From assembly GCA_951406725.2 (NCBI GenBank), contig OX597832.1:70680001-70744000 (forward strand): DNA of 64,000 nt, written 5' to 3'. Under the pieces are notes generated by a model. It worked only from the letters and a program-made list of their open reading frames with translations, was not told the origin of the DNA and did no database searches. This stretch comes from Octopus vulgaris. Lineage: Eukaryota. Positions 53,420 to 64,000 of this stretch are shown piece by piece (position 1 is the first letter of the stretch; the number at the start of each line of letters is the position of its first letter). Position numbers and translations under genes: made by a program.

Positions 53420-53797
53420 TGTGGAAGCACTCCGTCGGTTACGAGGGTTCCGGTTGATCCGAATCAACGGAACAGCCTGCTCGTGAAATTAACGTGTAAG
53501 TGGCTGAGCACTCCACAGACACGTGTACCCTTAACGTAGTTCTCGGGGATATTCAGCGTGACACAGAGAGTGACAAGGCCGGCCCTTTGAAATACAGGTA
53601 CAACAGGAACAGGAAGTAAGAGTGAGAGAAAGTTGTGGTGAAAGAGTACAGCAGGGATCACCACCATCCCCTGTCGGAGCCTCGTGGAGCTTTAGGTGTT
53701 TTCGCTCAATAAACACTCACAACGCCCGGTCTGGGAATCGAAACCGCGATCCTATGACCGCGAGTCCGTTGCCCTAACCACTGGGCCATTGCGCCTC

Positions 53798-53800
<3 letters not shown>
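53420..53800 (-). mobile_element. tRNA-derived SINE family 3 within (TA)n
   Basis: Head GAGGCGCAATGGCCCAGTGGTTAGGG...GGTTTCGATTCCC has A and B boxes; a degenerate relative lies at about 25290-25620. Confidence 0.85.
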
Positions 53801-53852
<52 letters not shown>

Positions 53853-53887
53853 ATAGATAAATTGTTAGCTAGTTAGATAGATAAATT

Positions 53888-53957
<70 letters not shown>

Positions 53958-54074
53958 CAGACAGACGGACGGACGGACAGACGGACGGACGGACGGACGG
54001 ACGGACGGACGGACGGACGGACGGACGGACGGACGGACGGACAGACAGACAGACAGATAGATAGACAGACAGAC

Positions 54075-54157
<83 letters not shown>

Positions 54158-54929
54158 CAGATTGATTTACATATTATAATAGTTAAATATTATTTACATA
54201 TAAATAATAGTTAAATACATGAATGTTAATTAACGGAAGGGGCAATTATCAAACGTTGATCCATCGATGTCACTATACTTCCTGTTATGCAGAATTATGA
54301 CATCCGCTCTAAAAAGACGCGGTGCCGTTTATTTGAAAATCATTAAAACAGACGAGTTCTCAGGATTGAAAAACACAGAAGACTAAAAAAAGAAAAGTAA
54401 GTCGAAGACAAAAACATATGTGTATGGTCGTTGAATTTGTTATCGAAATGACACAGAAAGACATTTGAGAGTGAAAGGAAAGCGTCTTAGAGGAAAGAAA
54501 AGATAATTTAAGTCGCAGTAGGGAAAGAAATGTTGAGATGAAAATTATAGACGCTAAAAAGAGTAATGTAAATAATAGTGAAGGAAGCCAACAATTAACG
54601 GATTGGTCAATAAGCTGACGTGGGTAAATTCGCTTCGCAAGCCGGGTTATTATCAAGAATTATTATGATTTCGGCGCTTGAAAACTCGATATCGCACATC
54701 GTGGACGTGCGAGGGTACAAGAGAGAAAAAAATAAAAGAAGGCTTATAGTATAGTTTATATCATGTAGAAATGGACGTAACTCCAGCCATATGTTACCGA
54801 GAGTAGCTCCATTTATACCGTCCCGAGTCTCCTAAGAAATATCTGTGATATGGAGACACATGAGTAATAATCCTACAGGAAGACTGTGCTTTAAGAGCGA
54901 TTTATTACTTGCCCCTTAGCAAATGCTTT

Positions 54930-55088
54930 TATCTTCACATGTTTCAGTCATGGGAGTGGAGTTATGCTGGGACACCGTTTAAAATATCTGGTCGATGGAC
55001 CGCCATGTTACAGGGATGAAAACAAATCAACACCGGTTGTCAAGAAAGTGGTTCGGCAAAATACAGAGATACACATTCATATACATGA

Positions 55089-55127
<39 letters not shown>

Positions 55128-55280
55128 TGTTAGTTCTGTCTACTATATATTTATTCGCAAAGCATTGGTCGGCTCGAGGCAATAGCAGAAGACACCTTGC
55201 TTTGCAGTGTTTTGCGGTGATCCGGAACCTAAAACTAGTATGCTTCCAAGTGAGCTTCTTAATCACGACCCATACCGACA
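54930..55280 (-). mobile_element. Old degenerate, uninterrupted copy of the tRNA-SINE family
   Basis: tgtttcagtcat...gcattggtcggc...atagcagaagacac matches 843-1140; the target segment has diverged to aagtgagcttctt. Confidence 0.65.
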
Positions 55281-56694
55281 GCCATACGTTTGTGCAGAAA
55301 CATTTTTACAAGTCGCCTGTGAATTCTTAAAACTTTGCTTGAATCCCGCCTCCCTTTCAATTCAAATTACATATTTTATACTTAACAGGTTTTTCTCTCT
55401 TCCAACAGACAAGTTTGGAATGGGTAAATGTGGAATGAATTCTTGGTCTTTAATTCTTTGAGGATGGAGCAGAAACGTACTAACCGTCACAGGAGAGAGG
55501 TATCGGCGCCTGCATTTGAGAACACACAAAGCCAAGTATGGTGGCAGCAAGATGGATTTACTGCACTTGCAGCTCGCCCGACGATGGAACTTTTAATACA
55601 AATTTTTTCAAGGAAGATAATTTCAGGTAACTAAATTCTATTGGCCCTCACGCCCGCCTTACTTAACAGTTTCAGTCATTTCACTGCGGTGGTATCTGAA
55701 AGACCAAATATACCATAGCCACCCTAGTACCATCCAGGAATTAAAGGCCAACATCTGTGAGGAATTTGAAGGAATAAGTCAAGGAAATTAAGAATGGTGA
55801 TGGAACGCTCTTTAGAAGGAGCCCGACATTCTAAAAATAAAGAAAACTGACCATTTGTAGTAATTTTCAAAACTAATTAAAGATGTTCCGTAGAAGTGTA
55901 TTTATCGTTTATAAAAGAATAATTGCGAATATTCAATAGGTAAAAGGGAAATCATAGTTTGCAATGGTCTACACTGTATAGATAAGATTTTTAGAAACAT
56001 GGCAAAATATATCGATGAACGTCTAAATATACACATATCCCCATACACATGCATACATAATTACTCACACACACACACACACACGCACACGCACACACAC
56101 ATAATTTTCAGCTTTTATTTCTTGTATTGAGTAGATTTACGTGCATATGTAGACGAGATAAATTTCCTGAATTTGTAGATTGATATAATTAAAGGACAAA
56201 TTGTGATCGCTAGCTCTAGGATAATCAGTTTGCTACCCGCTTTCACTCGTTATATTTATATTCTCCTGATTCCATGGGCAAATACGTTTTTCTGTATATC
56301 ATGAGAGCATACTATATCATTTCAGGAGGATTTGAACAGTTTTTCTGTTAAAGACGGGCAACCGATTAGTGCCCCCACCCCCCACCCGGTGAGTCCTTTC
56401 TCATTTGATTTAAGACCAAAATGACGATGATAATACACGAATATCTGTCTCTATCATTCATAGGTGATGTCTTTAACAGCAAACACTTCATAACATCGAG
56501 TAGCATAGATGTTGATTCCTTGGGGATAAAATAATTATCGTTCTAACAATTTTAATTATAAAGCAATATCGTTATTGACAAATACACTATATAAGTACAT
56601 CAATGTATATACAGCATATTCATACACACACTCATATATATGAACACACACACACATGTAGACATATATATATATATATATGTATATAACTTAA

Positions 56695-56729
<35 letters not shown>

Positions 56730-56943
56730 GGTGTGTATTTAAGTTTTAACGGAGCTACAGTCACGTACAAACTCGCATACAATGTGCGTATACTTGAATA
56801 TATGCATACATAAACATATACAACAGTTTAGAAATGTATCAATGGACATCTAAACACACACATACGTATTATCCTATGTATATGTGTGTGTATGGTATGT
56901 GAGCGCGTGTTTCAGCATGCGTTTTCTGCTGTATGTATATGTA

Positions 56944-56993
<50 letters not shown>

Positions 56994-57066
56994 GGTATGT
57001 AGATATATGCATTTTATACACACACACACACACAAATACACACATATATACACATATATACATATA

Positions 57067-57099
<33 letters not shown>

Positions 57100-57118
57100 T
57101 CATACATACACATACACA

Positions 57119-57174
<56 letters not shown>

Positions 57175-57829
57175 CATATATTACATATATTACAAATATA
57201 TATATGTGTGTGTGCAAACATACGTACAAAAATGCACGCATGCATGCATACGTACATAAATACATACATATTTACATGCATGCATACATACATACATACA
57301 TACATACACAATACATACATATATTTGCAATCTTTAATACCGCTTAATAGCAATGGGCCATTCTTATGGGAAATCGATCTATAATTTATATATAGTGGAT
57401 ATTGGATTTTATTATAAATTCATCATAAATCTATTTGTACAGTTTAGAATTCTCCGGAGGGTTCCACTTATGGCACCAATATCAAAACAATTCTCTATCA
57501 CTCAGATTGCTTCGGGTCTTTCAATATGGAAACTTGTCCTGAAATTGTAGGAACATAACCTTTTCAGCTAAAAATCATATTATACGTAAAGACATACATA
57601 TAGCCACTCATATAGAACATATATGGTATTGGTATTTATATATACATAAATATATGTATGTTTATGTGTATGTGTGTATGTATAGTGATACAAGCAAGAA
57701 AAATAGAACAAAATATGAGCATATGTATAAAGGACTCAACCGGCAAGAGATCTTGGCACTTGCGTCATTATCTATCTATCTATCTGTCTGCCTGTCTGTC
57801 TGTCTGTCTGCTGTCTCTCTGTTTGTCTG

Positions 57830-57866
<37 letters not shown>

Positions 57867-57874
57867 TTATCTAT

Positions 57875-57925
<51 letters not shown>

Positions 57926-58199
57926 TATATAATAATCGTTACATGGCAGACCCTAGCCGTGCACCCACCCCCAGAGAAAACGCTCCGATAGGTGCTGTAG
58001 TTCACACCGCCCTTCCCTTTAAACGTCAAGACCAAAGTAGGTAACATCTTTAGCTTAGTTGATATACACTTAGATTCAACAAAATATTTAATAGATATAC
58101 CCTGAGATATACCTTTAGATATACCTTTAGCTATGCACCAAGTGTAAAATGGATTTTAGTAAGTAGACTACACCCGAGGCAGAGGCATGATGCTCTTCC

Positions 58200-58500
58200 A
58201 GGGGTAACACGGAGACAGTTTAATACGAGGCAGAGGTAACAGCCACAGGACCCAATGGACAACCGAGTGTGCGGAAGTATGTGGGGGTAACAGAAAGACC
58301 TTTCAGTACTCGATATAACAACCACACGTACTTCTTCAACATCCCAGAGAGATGTAACACCACAACCCTACCGAAGCACGTTTGATCTTTAAAAGAGTAC
58401 AGAATAAAGTGGAAGATACTGGAGAAATGCAGACCGTACTTCAATAACAGCAGGAAGTGCAGGTTATACCTGGCTGAGAAGGGAGCAATTTTAAAGGGTA
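58200..58500 (+). pseudogene. Penelope-like GIY-YIG endonuclease fragment
   Basis: Manual translation YEAEVT...RKYVGVTERPFSTRYNNH...TTLPKHV*SLK...IKWKIL...PY...KCRLYLAEK. Confidence 0.8.
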
Positions 58501-58535
58501 CCCAACACCCGGATGTATCAATACATAGGTGTATG

Positions 58536-58578
<43 letters not shown>

Positions 58579-58579
<1 letters not shown>

Positions 58580-61500
58580 TGGCTCGGCTTCGCGAACGAA
58601 GATCAGGAAGTCTGTCCACGTAGCGTGCATGCGCGTTCATGACTGACAAGTCCAATATAGGAAAGGCAGGTCAGTGAGCAGTGTCCACAGACGAAGGTAA
58701 CATCCGGTGTGGTGTCAGAGGCGGCTCGTACCTTCCTCCTGCGTCTCTTGTCTTTAAGCGCGTCTCTTCTTTGTTCCTCAAACTTGCTGACTGCGTTGAA
58801 GATCGTGTGGCACCAGACATCACAGTCTGCAGCCAGGCCTGACCAGCATTGGTGGTTAATATGACATGCAGTTAGAGACTGCTTGAGGCAGTCTTTGTAG
58901 CGCTTCCTCGGTGGCCGGTGGAGAGTTCACGGTTCTCCATTCTGGAGACATGCCCAGCCCATCGGAGGTGTGACTTCAGTAGCATGGCTTCAATGCTGGG
59001 GATCTTGGCCCACCCAAAGAATTCAATGTATGTTGAGGATGGTGCTGACACATCGTTGGTGGAAGCGCTCGAGGAGACGGATGTGACTGCAGTAAGTGAT
59101 CCAGGTCTCTGAGCCATAGAGAAGAGTGCTGAGAACCACGGCCCTGTAGACACTGATCATTGTTTTGTTCTTCAGGCTATTATTGTGCCAAACACGTTTG
59201 TACATTCTGCCAAAGGACCTATTTGCCTTAGAGAGTCTATTTTCAATTTCTTTGTCGATTCTTGCATCGAATGAGATGATGCAGCCCAGGTATGTAAACT
59301 GCTGAGTTGATTTCAGTTCGGTACCGCAGATAGTGATGTGGGGTGGGCGGTAATCCTCTTGGAGTGTAGGTTGGTGAAGTACCTCCGTCTTCTTGAGGCT
59401 GACCTCCAGGCCAAGGAGCCTCGAGGCGTCTGCAAAGCAGGACGTAATGCGCTGCAGAGCTCGCTCTGCGTGGGCGACAAGGATAGCGTCGTCTGCGAAG
59501 AGAAGGTCTCGAATCAGCCTCTCCTGGGTCTTGGTGTGGGCTTGGAGGCGCCGTAGATTGAAGAGGCTGCCATCCAGACGATACCTAGCATACACCCCAT
59601 CCTCATCCTCCATATCTTCAGTTGCATGCTTGATCATCATGCTGAAGAAGATGCTGAAGAGAGTCGGTGCCAGGACACAACCCTGCTTCATGTCGTTGGA
59701 GATGGGGAAGGGCTCCCACAGGTCACCATTGAGTCTGACCTAACCACGCTGATTCTCGTGCAGCAGGATCACCATCTGTAGAAACTTGGTGGGACAGCCA
59801 AGTCGTTCCAGGATGAGCCATAGTCCTGTCCTGCTCACTGTGTCAAATGCTTTTGTGAGGTCGAGAAAAGTAGCATAGAGTCCCCTGTTTTGTTCTCGGC
59901 ACTTCTCCTGGAGTTGGCGCAGGACGAACACCATATTCGTTGTGCCTTTGTTGGCTCTGAATCCACACTGGCTCCCGGGGAGGTTTTCTTCAGCAATGGT
60001 TGGTACTAGCCTGTTGAACAGGATCCTGGCAAGTTCTTTGCCGGCGATGGAGAGTAGGGTGATTCCCCGGTAGTTGGAGCAGTCAGACTTTTCGCCCTTG
60101 TTCTTGTACAGGGTTATGATGACGGCGTCACGAAGATCCCGTGGCAGCTTGCTCTGCTACCAGCAGCAGACAAGAAAATCATGGTGCTTGTCATGGAGCA
60201 TCGGACCTCCATTCTTCCCGATTTCTGGTGGGATGCCGTCAACTCCTGCTGCTTTGCGACTCTTGAATTGTCCCATGGCTTCAATCGTTTCTTTGAGGGT
60301 GGGTGGTTCGTTGAGCTCCTCTTTGAGTGGAAGGTGAGGAATGCGAAGGATGCCAGCGTCCTGTACGGTACGGTTAGCATTGAAGAGGCTTTGGAAGTGC
60401 TCGGACCAGCGAGCGAGAATGGAGGTGTTATCGATGAGAAGGTCCTGTCTATCTGAACTGCGCAGGGGACTCTGGACCAGGTGGGTGGGAGCATACACTG
60501 CTTTCAGAGCCTCATAGAAGCCTCTATAGTCTCCGAGGTCAGCGCACAGCTGGGTTCTCCACGCCAAGTGGTCCCGCCACACGTTCTGTATTTCTCTGAG
60601 TTTTCGCTGTAGAGTGCTGCATGTGCGTCGAAAGGTAGTTTTCTTTACAGGACAGGCTGGTTGTGCGAGGTGGGCCTGATGAGCTGCCCTCTTCCTTGCT
60701 AGTAATTCCTGGATCTCCTTGTCATTTTCATCGAACCAGTCCTTGTTTTTCTTCTTTGTGTTCCCGAGAACTTCCATAGATGTCTTAAGCATGGCTGATT
60801 TCAGGTTCTCCCACAAGGTGTCTGGGGTGGTGTCATCAGTGCAGGGGGATTCGTCTAGTCTTTGCTGCAGGTTTGCTTGGAACTTGATTTTCAGTTCCTC
60901 CCCGAACAAGCTGTCGACATCGAGTTTCTTTGCGGGGTTACCTTTCTTCTTGGGTTTGGGTTTGAACTGCAGTTTGAGCTTGCAGCAAACAAGGATATGG
61001 TCGGTGTGGCACTCGTGTGTAGAACGTCTTTCAGGTCCCGCTGGCGTACAAGCACATAGTCACGTAGATGCCAATGTTTGGACTGGGGATGCACCAAGTT
61101 GTTTTTAGACGGTCTTTCTGTTGGAAGATTGTGTTGGTAATAGCAAGTCGGTGCTCTGTGCAGAACTCGAGCAGGAGGTGCCCGTTGTCATTACAGCCAC
61201 CAATGACGTGTCTTCCAAAGACTCCTTTCCAAGCCTCCGAGTCTCTCCCAACTCTTGCGTTGAAGTTGCCAAGGATCAGGACCTTGTCGTTTGCAGGGGT
61301 GTTATTCAAGCGTCTGCACAGATCAAAATAGCAGCTGCCTTTGTCCACAGGATCTGCCAGTAGAGTTAGAGCATAAACACTGAAGTGCGTGAGATGTTGT
61401 TTGCTCTCCAGTGGTAGGCGCATGGATATGATGCGGTCGAGTGGCCCGTGGCTAACATTTCCAGTTTGAAGGTGATTTTGTAGGACTCACGTTTTTCAGA

Positions 61501-62506
61501 TGATGGTTTTCCGGACCAGAAGAGGGTGTAGCCAGCGTCACGTTCTTTGAGGCCGCTCTCGTCAGCGAAGCAGACCTCGCTGAGAGCTGCTATGTCAATG
61601 TTGAGACGAGAGAGTTCATGAGCTATGAGAGCCGAACGACGTTCCGGGCGGCTGCTGTCAGCCTTGTCAAGCATGGTCCTGATATGCCAGCAGGCAACGT
61701 GAACTTTTCTTCGGTTTTGTTTCCATGTTTGTTCGACCGCGCTGAAGATGCCCGTTGACCGCGGCTAGCCAACTGAGTATAGAGGAGACGAGCTTTGTTT
61801 AGGCGAACCTTTTCTACCGTCCCTCTCCATGTGGAGCAGGCAGTGCTCTCCCTGAATAGGGCTACCTGGTCGCTCAGGATGCTGCCGAGTTGTGTCGTCG
61901 CCTCCGGGTCGACAACCAGGCGACCAAAGTCCTGAGCCGCCTACATGTAGGGTCGAGACTACGGCTTCCAGTGACATCTTCCATCTGCCGCTTTCGCCCC
62001 TTTCCATCGCTGCAGGGCTTTTAGGATGGCTAGTCACAGAACGTGGACATGTCCTTTGGCCTGCGCTGAGGAGTTTTAAGGTGAAGTGCTGTGCGCGCAA
62101 ACTGGCCCCAGCCTTTAAGCACGAGGTCCATCTGCCATGACCTAGCGAGCTGGGACGATGACAGCGAGATCTTCGTGCCGTAGGTTTGAAGTTGGAGTTA
62201 TCCTCTCCTAGTAGGGTTGCCAACCATTGCTGACGAGCCCCTCCTGCCTATGCCATCCAAACCAGGGCGAAAGAGAGACACACACGCACAAAGCACTCCA
62301 CACACACGTTGTTGGATGGCCGTTGACTACGCTGTAGTTCTTCCGCCCTTTGACAGGTCTTATTTTTTGTCCTGCAGGGTGTCCAAAAAACACCCGCCTC
62401 ACCAAGCAAGCCTGGTGCGGTTGCCAGTTTAGTCGCCGACGACCCGATCATGTAACAGGTTGTACTGGACTACATGGTACCAGTAACAGCCAAGTGACCT
62501 GACCTG
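58579..62506 (-). mobile_element. RTE/BovB-clade LINE, near full length, multiply frameshifted, inserted in (TA)n
   Basis: EN (WHIRTM, IDIAALSE, ILGNFNARVG, NDNG) and RT (DLTKAFDTV, KQGCVLAPTLF, LLFADD, FTYLG, LLYGSETW, LRWAGHV), a long 5' UTR and (TA)n on both sides. Confidence 0.95.
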
Positions 62507-62565
<59 letters not shown>

Positions 62566-62568
<3 letters not shown>

Positions 62569-62667
62569 AAAAAATTGTCGATAACCATTAAATTTATGCG
62601 TCTCGGTTTATTTCTATCGGTTTATTTCGAGACGCATAAATTTAATGGTTATCGACAATTTTTTTGT
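62566..62667. repeat. Perfect 40-bp-arm inverted repeat
   Basis: 62566-62605 is the reverse complement of 62628-62667, with a 22-bp spacer. Confidence 0.9.
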
Positions 62668-62787
62668 TTCGGCGTATCTGGCATTAGAATTTTTCTTCTG
62701 CCCTTATCTTGTAAATTATGTATAAATTTTACCTTTAAAGGCATTTTTTGATATGCTGGCCATTGATATATATACATATATATCAAT

Positions 62788-62820
<33 letters not shown>

Positions 62821-62821
62821 T

Positions 62822-62852
<31 letters not shown>

Positions 62853-62854
<2 letters not shown>

Positions 62855-63797
62855 TTCAACAATTGAGGGTAAAATTAATTAATTAATCAATTTCACCAAG
62901 TATTCAGTATGCAAAGGGACCATTTAAGGCGAATTCAAATTATTACATTATATAAAAGGGCTTAGTAAAATAAATTACTTTGCCGCATACTGAACTCATT
63001 AGAAATAGCAGCTAAGAAAAACTTTTTTAAAACTATTTCCAATACTTAAAGAAAATCTCTCTCATATAGTGTTTGCTCAACTCAACTCACGAAAGTATGG
63101 GGGTAGAGACATTAAAAAATCAAATGCAAAGGTTATTTGAGAACGTACGTTTCAAGATTAGTCAAACTCGACACTTCTATCATCAGCTCAGAACTCCCTG
63201 GTTTGGATTTGAAAACACTGAAAGTGAGAGCATACCCTTTCGGCTTCCCATCGCTTCTGAAGATCTACTCGAAACTAACAGTGCCAGCAAATTCAAATAT
63301 GCAAGCGAAGAATTTCTGCTCTCCCCTTTCCACCAGCGTGGGTTAAAATCAGTAAACACCATGCTTTTTTTCGGTAAAATCCGAGGCATTAAATAGAGAG
63401 AGATGAATTATAATTTCAACAATTGAGGGTAAAATTAATTAATTAATCAATTTCACCAAGTATTCAGTATGCAAAGGGACCATTTAAGGCGAATTCAAAT
63501 TATTACATTATATAAAAGGGCTTAGTAAAATAAATTACTTTGCCGCATACTGAACTCATTAGAAATAGCAGCTAAGAAAAACTTTTTTAAAACTATTTCC
63601 AATACTTAAAGAAAATCTCTCTCATATAGTGTTTGCTCAACTCAACTCACGAAAGTATGGGGGTAGAGACATTAAAAAATCAAATGCAAAGGTTATTTGA
63701 GAACGTACGTTTCAAGATTAGTCAAACTCGATTTTGACTAATCTTGAAACGTACGTTCTCAAATAACCTTTGCATTTGATTTTTTAATGTCTCTACT
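62853..63797 (-). repeat. Direct repeat (period 560) followed by an inverted partial copy, Penelope-like pLTR arrangement
   Basis: 62853-63171 matches 63413-63731; 63733-63797 is the reverse complement of about 63663-63726. Confidence 0.88.
63138..63190 (-). ncRNA. Type I hammerhead ribozyme
   Basis: TGAG-CTGATGA-tAGA...TCTt-GAAAC-GTAC-GTT-CTCA, with palindromic stem III ACGTACGT. Confidence 0.7.
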
Positions 63798-64000
63798 AGC
63801 AGTATCGCCCGGCGTTGCTCGGGTTTGTAAGGGAAATAACTATATAAGCATTTTTAGAGAGTTACTTCCCTTATAAATTCGGGCTTTCTTAGCCATTTTT
63901 GTTTTGGTGTCTTCAAGCCATGAAGTCGTTGTTCTAAAAGAACGCTGGTTTCCTTCACAACGCATTACGACGTTTATTTCTTTACACTCCCTTCCCCACA
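63796..64000 (-). mobile_element. Non-autonomous Helitron 3' end
   Basis: ctagcagtatcgcccggcgttgctcgggtttgtaag is the reverse complement of 35771-35806. Confidence 0.8.

Noticed and set aside
53724-53800. Possible tRNA gene
   Set aside because: It has A and B boxes but no convincing acceptor or anticodon stems, and it runs into a SINE body.
63073-63396. 107-aa ORF between the direct repeats
   Set aside because: No recognisable domain; it overlaps the antisense of a hammerhead-bearing repeat.

Overview
This is a repeat-dense, AT-rich eukaryotic window with no recognisable host exon. The microsatellite and SINE content looks like a cephalopod (Octopus-type) genome, which is inference. The main signal is an apparently site-specific Tx1-clade retrotransposon system that targets a tRNA-derived SINE. 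At 1.2-9.3 kb three elements are stacked head-to-tail inside one split SINE: an ORF1-only element, an ORF1+EN/RT element, and a second ORF1-only element with an intact 396-aa ORF. At 50.0-52.1 kb a fourth, diverged ORF1-only element sits at the same nucleotide of another SINE copy, with a perfect 15-bp duplication. The four elements share a covarying 3' stem-loop, have no poly(A) tail, and show an Inr/DPE-like spacing at the 5' end that overlaps the target sequence in two of them. The window also holds about a dozen hammerhead-ribozyme-like motifs in Penelope-like direct and inverted repeats, a near full-length decayed RTE/BovB LINE, R4/Dong-like relics in (TAA)n tracts, Helitron, mariner and piggyBac fragments, a GIY-YIG fragment and many SINEs and microsatellites. 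All coordinates were read by eye.
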